NCBI GenBank assembly: GCA_010909165.1 | Contig: MU008208.1 | Location: 29,545 to 93,544 of the forward strand | Reading direction: 5' to 3' | Length of the DNA: 64,000 nt | Source: Anthoceros angustus | Lineage: Eukaryota > Plantae > Anthocerotophyta | Part shown: positions 40,101 through 52,810 of the stretch, piece by piece | Layout of the letters: each line of letters starts with the position of its first letter | How positions within the stretch are numbered: the stretch's first letter is position 1 | The notes under the pieces: generated by a model | Database searches by the model: none | What the model was told of the DNA's origin: nothing | Seen by the model: only the letters and a program-made list of their open reading frames with translations | Made by a program: the position numbers and the translations under genes

Positions 40101-41134
40101 GTTTATGGTGTTTGAGGAAGGCGAGGTGCCATGGCCATGGCGGGAAGCTGCAAGCGAGCTGAAACGACGGAGTCGAGTGGTGGAGCAAAGAGCGCCACTG
40201 CAGGAAGTAACTGAGGCCTCTCTGAAACCTCGCCTACCCAACCGACGAACCGGCAATAGAGACATAGTCGGACAAAGACGCCACCGCCGGAGCACCTATG
40301 GCTAAGGAGTATCGGGTGCTCCGGGCGCATGTGGAAGAGGCAATCCAGCAAATCGACTCGGATTTTGCCTACTACCACGCTGAGCTCCTCAAGGCGTTGG
40401 AAGCTTCTCGGCACCCGCTACAACTGGATGGACCTCCGGAAGGGTCAGAAGGAGTGGAAGGAGAAGAAGGGCACGGGGACAGCACTGGGGCCTTGGTGGC
40501 CTTGTTCGGTGACGACGACAGCGGAGGAGAGGAGCCCCAGGAGGAGCATGATGCGGCCAACGTAACCGACCTTGAGGTAAGCCAGCCGCAACCCGCCAGG
40601 AAGGATAGGAGCGAGGACCCCGAAAGGGGTGGGGAAGGAGGAAACCAACCGGACCCAAGCCGTGAAGGGGCCGGAGGAGGATGGGCCCCAACAATGAGGG
40701 TCCGTTATTCGGGGTCCGGACTTGAGGACCGGACTGGTATCAAGGCCTGACCTTGAGGTCCGAACCCCTAGATGAGACCGGACTCGAGGTCCGGACTGGA
40801 AATAAGGCCGATCAAGATCGGACCGAGTCGAGACCGACCCCGAGGTCCGGCTCAGGAGGAGAGAGGGAGTCACCCCGACTTGCTCGGAGGAGGCCCACCC
40901 GTGGCCCCACAGCAGCAGTGGACCCACCAAGGCCAAGAGAGGAGGATGGTGGTTAACATGGTTGTCGACCGCCGTAGCACAACCCGATAGGGTCTCGGAA
41001 GGGAAGGGTCCTACCGCAGATCATCGATTGCGCCCGCAATGCCGTGGCAAGGAGTGGGGTCATCGGCGCCGAGAAGGAACCACACACTCCCTGTGCCCAC
41101 CACCGACTTACGTAGATAGGCGGAGGGGGAACAC

Positions 41135-41362
41135 TGTAGGCGGCCGATTAGGGCACATCGAATGGCCATCCGTAATTAGGTGGCTAAAAGACGCCGCACT
41201 TGGGCGTAGTATAAGAGGGTCAAGTCGCTTCAGTAAAGTATCTTTCTCTTGGTGTGGATACCGCTTTTGCACTTGTGCGCCTTCTCGCTAACGTGAGTCA
41301 TGAGTCATCGAAAGGTGCACGATACCCGAGAGATCGATCCAGTCCCGTGACGGACCCTAACG
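41135..41362 (+). repeat. Putative LTR (about 230 bp)
   Basis: Preceded by PPT-like AGATAGGCGGAGGGGGAA; starts TGTAGG; internal TATAAG; ends CCCTAACG (CA expected); followed by TGTGGTGG (PBS-like). No second copy in the window. Confidence 0.4.
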
Positions 41363-42546
41363 TGTGGTGGTGTGTGCAGGGGCGAATGATCGGAGACCCT
41401 TGCTTGTCCAGAGCAGCGGACCGACGTTGGACGGACCGGAACGTGTGAGCCGGAGGGACTCCGGGAGGGCGTGTAGAGCCCGGACGGAGAGGCCTGGCGG
41501 AACGACGGAGGAGGTCCGGACCACACAGCCCACCCGCCTTTTTCCCCAAGAACGATGAGTGTACCACGTCACACATGAACTTTCCTACCATGAATCTCCC
41601 CATGAGCACGACGGTTCTCAAAGCTCATATCAACTGTGATCTCAAGTACATGGCTTCCACTCATTGCAAGGCTTTTGGGGCTATGTCTCACAATTTACCC
41701 CAGAAGGCTGGAGCAACTCACTCCGAGTCGTGAGAGCCTCGTTTTGAGTCCTGGATTTATTTATGGTCGGATTTCCGATCTAAGACTTTGGAGCAGAGCA
41801 TGGCTAGGTCCTCTTCCACCTGCCAAATTTTTCCTCGAAAAAAACAGACACCATCTTCGCCCTCTATGCTACAAAGATCAAAAGATTCTTGGAAGATGCT
41901 GAAAGATGCCACTCAACTATGTTGCAGACAATGCCTGTTGCCGGCCCTTCTGGTTCCGCTCCCATCCAGATTTGATCGTTCAAAATTATTTTGGTCAATG
42001 AAAGAAAGTTAGATTCATCCCGAATTTTGCGCGCTTGTTGTTCTGAATGTGGGGAATCTGGTAGTGTAGTTTGCTCAACGAGCAAGTATGTCCACATTGG
42101 TAGGCAAAGAAAGATGCTCACCTCACGCTGGTGCCCAAGGTGGATCGAAATGGCTATGGAAATTTGTGCATGTTCACTGAGGGGGTGGTGCTTTTTTATG
42201 AACATATGGTTGGAAAGAGGAGGTCATCACGGTAATTGTGGTGTTGAGAACATTGCGGTCAGATTTTCTTGTAATTAGTAATTCATAATAACAGAAAAAA
42301 TGCCAAAAATGGGGCAAAAAGGCAGCCGGCCTTCTGGGGTTAAGCATGCAACTCGGCTCCACGGCCTGCAGCCTGCTGTGCAAAAGTTCTCGGCTTCTTC
42401 CATGGCGAACACTTCCAGGGCTTAGTTGAGAAAACTAGATTGCAAACTAGCCGGTGGAGTGGAGTCGGTGGCCGGGCGCGTAACGACGAATCCCGCACGC
42501 CCCTCGAGAACTAGGTAATAAACTTTGGGTGAGGTTTAGGCGCTGG

Positions 42547-42845
42547 GCCTGTCTAGTACACCAAACCTTCACCTTTTCGTCATCACTGCCTGAAACAAGT
42601 CTTGTCGGCTCAGTCCGTGAAAAGTCAACACTCCATGCTCTTTTCTCATGCTCCTCATACTCCGTGATGCTCTGGCACGTACTCACATCCCATACTGTAA
42701 CAATCTCTTCATAATCATTGCTCGCAATGTGCGACTTTATGTACTTGTTCCAACTCAGACAACTCAATTTGGAGAGGGTAGACATTTCTACCACGGGACA
42801 ATGCACATCAGCCATGTCATTGACCACCGTTGCAAACTCAAACAC
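42547..42845 (-). pseudogene. COP1: Intronless fragment of COP1 (WD40 region, about 100 aa)
   Basis: VFEFATVVNDMADVHCPVVEMSTLSKLSCLSWNKYIKSHIASNDYEEIVTVWDVSTCQSITEYEEHEKRAWSVDFSRTEPTRLVSGSDDEKVKVWCTRQ matches the COP1 WD40 sequence as I recall it. Similarity stops abruptly on both sides. Confidence 0.9.
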
Positions 42846-44281
42846 CGGATGGAAGACGGATAGCATCAAGGAGCTGAAGTGGAGGCTCTTTGCCAAGATT
42901 GTCTTGGGACTTGTCCAGGACCGCAGAGTTGTCAGCGGCCATTATAGGCAGGTAACCACGATCCAAGGACATGTGCCCAGAATGCGGCGGGCGTGAAGTT
43001 GCAGTACACGATGCAGGACTCTTGTAGTTACTGGCAGCAAAAGGACGTCTTTGCACGCATCAATTACGCCCTCTGCCCCGTTGCTGAGAGAAGGTCATTT
43101 GCCCGATCGACTTCTCGACAGTTCTCGCAGTCGCTCGCGCTCAGACACCCCACTCTTTGGCGCTTTCTCTTCCGAGGTTCGAGCGCAAGGCCCGGTGACC
43201 TTCGGCTCCTTCCGATGCGTCAATCTTTCCGGGGGAGAATAATGCATTGATTTCATCGGAGTTCGAACCCGGCTTGCGTGAGAGCCGAGTATCTCACGTC
43301 TAGACCCTAACCCAAAACCTTAAAATGGCACTTGGACATCTTCCAGGCGGTGTGGACCTATGACAGCGTGGCGCTGGTCCGGGAGTACGCCCGGAAGATG
43401 TTGGCGGCGGCAAGCAAGGCCATCCGCTCGAAAAGTTTGAGGGAGGACCCTAGGCGATGGACAGTGGAGGTCCTTCGTGCGGTGTACAACCGCCCAGCAG
43501 AGGAGGTTGGGGGCGTAGTGCTAGAGCCCTTGAAGTGAAGCGGAGGTTGGAGGCAGCCAAGGTGGCGCTGCTAAATCCCGGGACTCAGAGGTCCTCTAAC
43601 AGGTAGCTGATGTCGGACCTACTGGACCGGCGGGTGAGGGCAGTGGTGAAAATCATCATCCATTGGAACATGCTCACCAAGGTGGACCACCTGGGGAATA
43701 ACCTGCTGGTCTTCTTGCACGCCCTCCTGAGGGGCAAGAGGGCGGACTGGGGGCGAATTATCTTCGCCCGAATAGCCCAGGAGGCTAGGAAGCTACGCAA
43801 CGAGCGGCCTCCCCCTTCAACGTTGTCCCCTTTCATTTTGCATATTTGGGACACCTCAATCTCCTGAAGGAGGGAGAGGAGGAACGAGCCCTTCGACGGG
43901 GGCTAGCCACCCTACCGAAGGGAGAGCGGGAAGGAGAAGCACAAGACCTAGACAGTCGACCAGTCAAGATACGACGCCCGTAGGAGGAGGAAGACTAGGA
44001 GGGCATTCCAGATGCCATCCGCCTGGAACGGACTCCCTCCCCTCCAAGGGAAGTATGGGAAGAAATCCCCACTTCCCTTATCCTGGTGCTGCAAGGCAGG
44101 CCTCCCAGTGACTACCACGACGGGAAGGGAGCTAGTGCCGTGAGCTCCAGCGACTGTGTCCGCCTGACCCTCCCGAGCCCCAAAGATTTGAAGTGATTTA
44201 TAAGTAACTGAGCATTAAATATAATTCACTCATTTGTGTATAAAGCCGTGTAAATGAAATAACTCTGATTTGTTAGGTATT

Positions 44282-44605
44282 GTATATTTCCATCAACTAG
44301 CTAGTTCGATTGAGAGGTATGAGATATATGTGATGTGCAAAAGAAATGATGTACTTGTATTTTAGTGGAATGATATTACACCTAAACAACGAGTCAATGA
44401 AATAACTCCAATTTGTCAGGTAGTGTATATTTCCATCAACTAGCTGATGAGGGCGGTACGTATGAGATATGTTTGGTGTAAAATAGAAATGATGCACTTA
44501 TATTTTAGTGAGATGATATTACACCTAGAGAGAGAGATCTGAGATATATTTGGTGTGTAAAAGAAACGATGCACTTATATTTTAGTGAGATGATAATATA
44601 CCTAG
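44282..44605. repeat. AT-rich degenerate repeat cluster
   Basis: GAGATAT...AGAAA(T/C)GATG(T/C)ACTT(G/A)TATTTTAGTG..ATGATA..A.ACCTA occurs three times; GTATATTTCCATCAACTAGCT occurs twice. Confidence 0.8.
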
Positions 44606-45660
44606 AGAACAAGTCGTTACGGTATGGAACTTGGCAAAGTGAAGAGACTCAAATTTACAACTTTCATTGTTTTTTAAGGTCAAGATTCTCTCAAGGACAA
44701 AGAAAAAGAAGGAACACAAGATTTCTTCTCCTCTTATATTTTATTGATATGAATGTTTTGCGAGTGAACTAAGTCATGTTTATTTTGTAGTGATAATAAT
44801 TTAAATATTTTATTCATTCATTTTCAAATAGTTTGAAGGACTAACTTACATCACTGGTAGAAAATGAAAAACCAATTATAATGCATACTGAAAAAGCCAA
44901 GATCACATGCGCTAGACTAGTATGTTAGTTAATATAAAAAATAGTATATATTATATTTTAATCTTTATTACCTTGTATTCTAACCTCCTTCCAGTTGCAT
45001 TTAGAAACGGGAACTAAGAGCACAATATATAGTTCCCTTCCATATGATATTGTATGGTATGATATTGGCTCCTAATCGAGAAAGTGCATGTGAAAGAAAG
45101 CTCGCCCTTTGTCCGTGATGTTAAGGATAAGGCAAAATGAAATTCCTCGACCTCCGGTGCACGGGCAAAGTCGTGCACTTCCATATTCAGCTCTTTGTCA
45201 GTGATGAGGTACAAACCTAGCAGCATGGATAATATGGTGGGGGCTTTAGGAGGAAGCGAAGGACCCCTGCCAATCTCAGCACTCCTTGCGATGGAGAACG
45301 GGAATCCGCAGCTAATATTAATGAATACATTAAAGAGATTAGCGGACGGGGGCTTGGTAGTGAAGGGCTTTCGGTAAACATGTATGGAAGGCGTGGCAGG
45401 ATGCTCAGGCCGTGTTGAAGGGACTTAAAATTGGAGACGAAACTGTGGCAACTCTAGATGTGTGCAAAAATCAGGTAGGTGGGGTAATGAGCAAGACTTA
45501 CGTCTTGAGGAATGAAAAGACAACAATAATGCAGCAACATATCAAGGCTTATGTCCTGAATGGTATCTCAAGATAGAGCCTGATGCTGAACAATTGTTAA
45601 GGGGCCCGATGCATGTCCCTATAGCTAACAGGCTAGCGATGGCTAACCTAGGCCTAGCGC

Positions 45661-47003
45661 CTAACGGCGACACACCATGCCAGAGGTGCCAGATTTGGCA
45701 GGGCCACATTGCAGCTCAGCCAGGTTGGAAATGATGTCCCCAGCAGCACCCCGAACCTGTTCACCGAGCAGTCGGCGGAGAAGATGGAGGAGGCAAGGAA
45801 GTTGTCATCACCCCTCATGATGGGCATGAGCTGACCGGGAGCTTCTCCTGCAGCTTGAAGCCGGGGCATAGGTCTGTCCCAGGACACCGTGAACGTTGCT
45901 GGTGAGCTTGGCGAACTTGAAGCTCACGTCCAAATGGGCCATCCAGTTGGTGCTGTAGTCCACACCGTAGTTGTGCGCCCTGTTCTCCTCCTGGGAAACA
46001 GGCACAACCTTGACCAACATCTGCACAACTCCTTCCACTGCAATCTTGACGAGGTTGGTGGCACGCATGCGCTCCACGGTGATACCGTTGGCGGGCGACC
46101 GCCACACGGCTCCCGCTCCGTCAGGGAGGACGATGGGAGCGGAGTCGAAGGTGAGGACCAGCTGGTCTTGGGCGTCGTCCCACTGCGACACCTTCTTGGC
46201 TCCGACGTAGAGCTGGTGTGCGCCAAACCGCACTCCCAAAGCCTGGACCCAGGTGAAATCACGGCCCAAGTCGGGTCTGCGCAGGCCGATGAAGTGGGCG
46301 TTCACATGGATGTCGGCATCGGACACGAGGCAGAAGTCGGCATCCTTGTGGCCGTGGAAATAGAAGCGCTGGCCTCCGGGGGTCTTGAGCACCGGGTCGT
46401 GGCACACGGATACGTAGTGGTCGCAGGGGTTACCGGTTCCGGTTCCTGTCACCAGTAGTAGTCACACCATGTATTGTTAACAGATTGATCGCTTGCAATT
46501 GCAATTTGCCAGCCAGCAACACATCAATCAATATTGCATCCTCGTCGATCATGCAGCAGCAGGTACTAGTCGCCGGCATCGATCCATCCCGTCTGCGTGT
46601 CAAACTCTTGATTCAAAGATTCAAACTCACCTCCTCCGTGCTCGTCATCTCCCTTCTTGCTCGTGTCTCCTTCTCCGTGCTCATCACTTCCCTTCTTGCT
46701 TGTATCTTCTCCTCCCTGCTCGTCATTTCCCTTCTTGCTCGTGTCTCCTCCTCCCTGCTCCTCACTTCCCTTCTTGCCCGTGTCTCCTCCTCCCTGCTCG
46801 TCACTTCCCTTCTTGCTCGTGTCTCCTCCTCCCTGCTCCTCACTTCCCTTCTTGCCCGTGTCTCCTCCTCCCTGCTCCTCACTTCCCTTCTTGCTCGTGT
46901 CTCCTCCTCCCTGCTCCTCACTTCCCTTCTTGCTGTCGCCCTTGGCGATTGCCTGTACGACCAGCAAGGCCACCAGAAGTGCTACAAGCAGTGCTACCCT
47001 CAT
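45661..47003 (-). CDS. Secreted root-cap/LEA-like protein with Lys/Glu/Gly repeat N-terminus (exons 47003-46631 and 46445-45661)
   Basis: Signal peptide MRVALLVALLVALLVVQAIA. Phase-1 intron GGAG|gtgagt...gacag|GAACC. Root-cap-family core DPVLKTPGGQRFYFHGHKDADFCLVSD...RDFTWVQALG...HLDVSFKF..LTSNVHGVLGQTY. C-terminus ...GMVCRR* recovered after small indels near 45720-45860 (probably sequence errors). Confidence 0.85.
46631..46942 (-). repeat. Coding tandem repeat, 8 x 39 bp (DTSKKGSEEQGGG)
   Basis: Read directly from ORF 46566-47003. Confidence 0.95.
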
Positions 47004-49043
47004 GGATGCCGCATGCTGAATGCGAGAACAGCACTATTACTCGCCACTGCGGTGACCAATGTGTTTGGGCTCCAGGATTATGTAGCTTGCTGCAATGACA
47101 TCCCCCGATCGATCCATGGATGCCGAGCCAAACTCCACCACGAGAAAAAAAAGGGCATTCCCGACGCCAACAGGCTGGAGTGGATTTGGATTGTCTTGGA
47201 TCGGGGCGGTCTCCTCGAATGCCGCTCTACATATTTGCCTTCTGTGACACAACACTGTTAGCTCGCACACGAGTGGCCCGTCCTTCGTAATTTACGTACG
47301 CTCGCCATACCTTTTTTAGGCACACTCGCTAGCTGTGCGAACTAGTCCCGTACGTTGCTATTATGTACTAGTACATCCAAAAGACTATGTGGGAGTCTTG
47401 AGCAACAGGTGCGGTGTGGTGACAGTCCGCTTGCAAATCGGCGCTTAGCACACTCACGCTTGTTGTAACACGTACATTGGTCCCTTGATAATCGAGGTAC
47501 CATCTCATCACCAACCTTGTGGATGCAAACTGTACTGGAAGAGCGGGCCTGCCATCAGGCTCCAGCACATCAAGCTGGCTACGAAAATTCAGCGGAATCC
47601 GATCGACTTCACCTGTTTTACGGTGTCGTGTAGCGCTTTGAGGCCAGGGAAAGCACGTGTTCACTGACAGAGTAAACCTACCTACCGTAAAATAGTCCTG
47701 ACTTGCGGAACTGTGTAGTTGGTAGCCCTACAGTGTCAGGCTGAACACTAGATATCCTGACATCTTGGGGCTTGACCCTGGGGCTGGCATGCGCAATAGC
47801 TGCTGTCTTCGGAGACACACTCCATATATATCCGCCTTGGATCGATCATCGGCTCCCCCTAACTGCTCCAATTTGGCTGCATGCTACCTTCCTTCAATTT
47901 TTTCCTTTGTCAGATATGCTCGCAAATGACAGAAGCAGAAAGCACACAGTTTGTTTTTGTTACGGCCTAGGCAATTTGATGTATGTAACTTCATTGTTGG
48001 GGTACAGTGAGAGCTAGTGGTACAAATACAGACATGAATTCACGCCTTAACACCGAGACTTGCGCACCACACATGTGCTCACTGAGAACTAAGACAAGTT
48101 TGTGTCAGGAAAAATGAATCTAAACTGAATGAATTGGAGACTTTGCGTCTTGGACAACCTACAAGAGTGAATATACTTAGGCTAGCCTGCAGACAAGAAT
48201 TCGTTGAACAAGAGTTGCGTTCTGTCGAGTGAGCAATCAAGAGCAGAACAAATTACCAAGGCCCCCCGGCAGGCCTAGGGCAAGCTCCGGGGACAAGTTC
48301 ACTCTCATCCACTCTCGATTCTCCCATGGCAGGGGACAGGCCCCAGGGACTCTCTCTCTGATGTTACACCCTTCCTCCCCTCTGGCCTTCACTCACGCAG
48401 TACACAAGGCTTTCCCTACTCACACGCCACACTGGCACACACTACGCAAGGCTCTCAAGTCTCAAATTGCGATCCCTGGCGGCTCAATGCCCTACCAATT
48501 AATAACGGATTCGCAATGCTTCATGGATCATTTCAGTACTTCATGACGCATGCAGGACTCTAGCCAGGACTCATGACTTCTCGGCGGCAAGGCAAATATA
48601 TCTTTTATCGCGATTCCAAAGCAAATGTATCTCGCCTATAAGGGCTTAGTCCCTCGTTTTAGGGCTGTGCCAACTGCGACAAGGTAAGGCCCTGGCGGTC
48701 TGCTTCCATTTGAATACAATGTACATGTTGTAGTCGTGCGCTCGCGGTGGCCAAGATCTTGTATGTGATTGCTTAGAAACCATGAATTTTCATTCACAGA
48801 CAAAGTCGCGACATTTTGTGGAACGAATGAAGGCATGCATTGAAATGAATCCACTGGCAGGACTGGTTCGTGTCCTTCCAAAATCAATACAGAGAGAACG
48901 AATAGGATGGCTGCTTGTCAACCGCGTACAGCCAGTGCCACTGATCATGACTCGAACAAGACTTGCGTCTTGAACCAAAATTCACAACTCGAAACTGTAC
49001 ACCAGGAAGGCAAACAGAGTTGCAGCGCCTTGCATCTTGCGTC

Positions 49044-51090
49044 TCAGCGCCTGCAGACCATGCCAGAGGTGCCAGATTTGGCAGGCCCACATTGCAGCTC
49101 AGCGAGGTTGGCAATAATGTCTCCAGCTGCACCTCCGAACCTGCTCACGAAGCAATCGGCCGAGAAGATGGAGGAGGCCAGGAAATTGTCGTCACCCCTC
49201 ATGGTGGGCATCAGCTGGCCGGGGAGCTTCTCCACCAGCTTGAAGCCCGGGGCATAAGTCTGTCCCAGCACGCCGTGCACGTTGCTGGTGAGCTTGGCGA
49301 ACTTGAAGCTCACGTCCAAATGGGCCATCCAGTTGGTGCTGTAGTCCACACCGTAGTTGTGCGCCCGGTTTTCCTCCTGAGAAACTGGCACAACCTTCAC
49401 CAGCATCTCCACAACTCCGTCCACTGCGATCTTGACCAGGTTGGTGGCAAGCAGGCGCTCAACGGTAATGCCGCTGGCGGGAGACTGCCACACAGCTCCC
49501 CCACCGGCGGGGAGGACGATCGGGGTGGAGTCGTAGGTGATGGCCAGCTGGTCCTTGGCGTCGTCCCACTGCGCCACCTTGTTGGCTCCGATGTACAGCT
49601 GGTGTGCGCCGAACTGCAGTCCCAGAGCCTGGACCCAGGTGAAGTCGCGGGCCATGTCGGGCCTGCGGAGGCCGATGAAGTGGGCGTTCACATGGATGTC
49701 GGCATCGGACACGAGGCAGAAGTCGGCGTCCTTGTGGCCGTGGAAATAGAACTGCTGGCCTCCGGGGTCTTGAGCACCGGGTCCTTGCACAGAGACGGGT
49801 ACTTGGTGCAGGGGTCTGTCACACGCACCATCCATTGCCACATTCACACATCACTCATCAACAACACATTGCGAAATTTGATGTGGTGCTACCAGCTGCT
49901 CGGAATTACCAGTTGCAAAAGTGTATGGGACTGGGTGGGATTCAGATCTTCAGACAAAGCACTGCCACACACAAGCCAAGGCACTAAGGGTGAGTAGTGC
50001 GATACCATGGCTGCCGCCGCCTTCGTGACCACCGTCGTCGTCATGGTGGCCACCGTCACCCTCATGGTGGGCATCAGCTGGCCGGGGAGCTTCTCCACCA
50101 GCTTGAAGCCCGGGGCATAAGTCTGTCCCAGCACGCCGTGCACGTTGCTGGTGAGCTTGGCGAACTTGAAGCTCACGTCCAAATGGGCCATCCAGTTGGT
50201 GCTGTAGTCCACACCGTAGTTGTGCGCCCGGTTTTCCTCCTGAGAAACTGGCACAACCTTCACCAGCATCTCCACAACTCCGTCCACTGCGATCTTGACC
50301 AGGTTGGTGGCAAGCAGGCGCTCAACGGTAATGCCGCTGGCGGGAGACTGCCACACAGCTCCCCACCGGCGGGGAGGACGATCGGGGTGGAGTCGTGGTG
50401 ATGGCCAGCTGGTCTGGCGTCGTCCCACTGCGCCACCTTGTTGGCTCCGATGTACAGCTGGTGTGCGCCGAACTGCAGTCCCAGAGCCTGGACCCAGGTG
50501 AAGTCGCGGGCCATGTCGGGCCTGCGGAGGCCGATGAAGTGGGCGTTCACATGGATGTCGGCATCGGACACGAGGCAGAAGTCGGCGTCCTTGTGGCCGT
50601 GGAAATAGAACTGCTGGCCTCCGGGGTCTTGAGCACCGGGTCCTTGCACAGAGACGGGTACTTGGTGCAGGGGTCTGTCACACGCACCATCCATTGCCAC
50701 ATTCACACATCACTCATCAACAACACATTGCGAAATTTGATGTGGTGCTACCAGCTGCTCGGAATTACCAGTTGCAAAAGTGTATGGGACTGGGTGGGAT
50801 TCAGATCTTCAGACAAAGCACTGCCACACACAAGCCAAGGCACTAAGGGTGAGTAGTGCGATACCATGGCTGCCGCCGCCTTCGTGACCACCGTCGTCGT
50901 CATGGTGGCCACCGTCGCCTTCATGGTGGCCGCCGTCGCCTCCATGGTGGCCGCCGTCCCCTCCATGGTGGCCGCCGTCCCCTCCATGGTGGCCGTCGTC
51001 ACCTCCATGCTCACTGCCTCCATGGCCGCCGGCCAGAGCCTGCACGGCCAGCAAGGCCACCACAAGTGCTACCAGCAGTGACAGCCTCAT
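49044..51090 (-). CDS. Secreted root-cap/LEA-like protein with His/Gly/Asp repeat N-terminus (exon 1 51090-50865; exon 2 49815-49044; internal ~860-bp duplication in this assembly)
   Basis: Signal peptide MRLSLLVALVVALLAVQALA. Phase-1 intron CATG|gtatcg...gacag|ACCCC gives HDPCTKYPSLCKDPVLKTPGGQQFYFHGHKD after restoring one G in a G-run. Core continues to ...SGTSGMVCRR*. 50058-50918 duplicates 49196-50057. Confidence 0.8.
50880..51010 (-). repeat. Coding tandem repeat, about 6 x 21 bp (GGDGGHH)
   Basis: Read directly from ORF 50809-51486. Confidence 0.9.
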
Positions 51091-51780
51091 GGTCATGGTG
51101 GAATCGATATCAGAACAAATTTTGAGTGTGTCCAATGCCAAATGCGATCCTGCAATGATGAATGACAATGTCCGAGGCCCCAGGATTATATAATGCCTCC
51201 AGCGTCGAGCGGCGGGCCAGGCTGGATGGTAGGTTGGGCTGGATTGGGCTGTCACATGAAATCCTAAATTTGGGTTCTGATTCATCCAAGCTTCTGCACG
51301 TCTACGAAGCGCCCACACACGAGCGGCACGTCCGACATAATTCACCATTCCACCCAACGTCCTCAGGACTAGTAAACGCCCACACCATTCACTAGTCTTC
51401 AGCCCAACGCTGTCTAAATCAACACTGTTTGTCGGCGATCTTGCAAATTGTCTCCTCATGTCTCTGCACGTGTATCCCAAGACCAACCAAGATTCCCCAT
51501 GTCACCCGACCCCGCCCGCAAAAAGTGCACTGGGCCAGGTGATCAATTTCTATGCCCGGCGCTAAGGACATGCCGGTATACCGTACCGGCACATGCCCTT
51601 CAATATAATCCAATTTATTTTCTCTTGAAATTTTATTTTTACTGTCATGTAGAGGACAAGAATGTCAATGATAAAGTCTGTCACAGGGGTAGGTAAGGCA
51701 CGGGTATGTAAGGTATGGAAGAAGAAGAAGAAGAATTTTATTTAAGTCTACTAAGGACGGATTTAGTCCACTCCCTTTAG

Positions 51781-51875
51781 GCACCCCATCTAAGTATCGA
51801 TCCAAGCTCAGGATGCTTAATCACAATGTGGCACCCCATCTAAGTACCCCGATCCAAGCCCAGGATGCTTAATCA
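51781..51875. repeat. Two-copy tandem repeat (about 50 bp) in the divergent intergenic region
   Basis: GCACCCCATCTAAGTA..CGATCCAAGC(T/C)CAGGATGCTTAATCA occurs twice. Confidence 0.85.
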
Positions 51876-52810
51876 TGGCGTTCTTATAAATGTGTGTCCA
51901 TTTGGCTTAGGCCATTTGGACATATAAGATACATAGTTTACGTAAGTTATATAAAGTATGTATACGAATTTTAATAGCATGTCATTTAAAGATTAAATAA
52001 TATATTAAATCAGGATATCTAAAGTCAAGAATTATATTCAGATTTAAAATTTAATTCAAATCTATAAGGCTAAGACTAGTATCAAATTCATTAAAACCTA
52101 CAAGGCCAAGGCCAATTTACATTGAGTTCATGATTTTCGAGAATCTGTTAAGCCCAAGGCTATATATGTAGAGTTTCACACCCCATTTATATGTCCTCTT
52201 GCCTCTTTGCTTAGTGGTTGCAATAAATCCGGGTTGCTTTCTTCTTTTATTGTTTGTGGATACATGCTCCTATGACGTCGACACATGCCCGTGGATTTCG
52301 ATAACTCTCAAATTTTTCATTAGATTAATATTTAATGATATTTTTAAAAAGATTATACATAGTATTTTTTTATCGATCAAACAGATTATCCAAGGTAAGA
52401 AATTTATTGAAGCTTTTAATTTTAATTATTTATATTAAAAATAAATTCATAACTCTCGAAATTAGAACCGATGTAAAAGTTATGTATGTAGTGCTTGTCC
52501 GTACCAATATTTATAGTGAGTCTATTGTTGATCTCACGGAACCTGTTTTGTGTCCAAGATTACCACGTGAAGCGGAACTACTCAGAGAACCTGCGACCTT
52601 GAGCCGATCCTTGGAGAGGTTAAGTATGATGCTAAGCTATTTTTGTTTTCAGCAGAACTGCAATGCTAAGCTGTGGCTCCATGTTTGAGTAGAGCTAGAT
52701 TTTAGATATTCAGATATCTTTGATCTTGTGTAGGTGCCCTTCGTTGTCTCTGCTGCCTGGATATCCTTATTTTAAGCCGTGGCTGCTTCGTCGCAGCAGA
52801 GCGCTTGAAT

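Larger units (their letters stand above)
40298..44160 (+). mobile_element. Degraded Gypsy-type (Tat/Athila-like) LTR retrotransposon segment
   Basis: Accessory-ORF-like peptide ...ALLRGKRADWGRIIFARIAQEARK...STLSPFILHIW (43610-43867). Coiled/acidic ORF 40298-40750. GAGGTCCGGAC-type tandem repeats at 40715-40855. Polypurine tract followed by TG at 41114-41136. Confidence 0.5.

Noticed and set aside
45014-45377. Short ORFs as a LINE or gene fragment
   Set aside because: No recognisable motif.
46631-46942. Regular 39-bp repeats as a CRISPR-like array
   Set aside because: No unique spacers; the repeats are in-frame coding sequence of a secreted plant protein.
45661-51090. Root-cap genes as pseudogenes
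   Set aside because: The frame breaks are single-base changes in or near homopolymer runs, with otherwise conserved codons and splice sites; sequence error is more likely.
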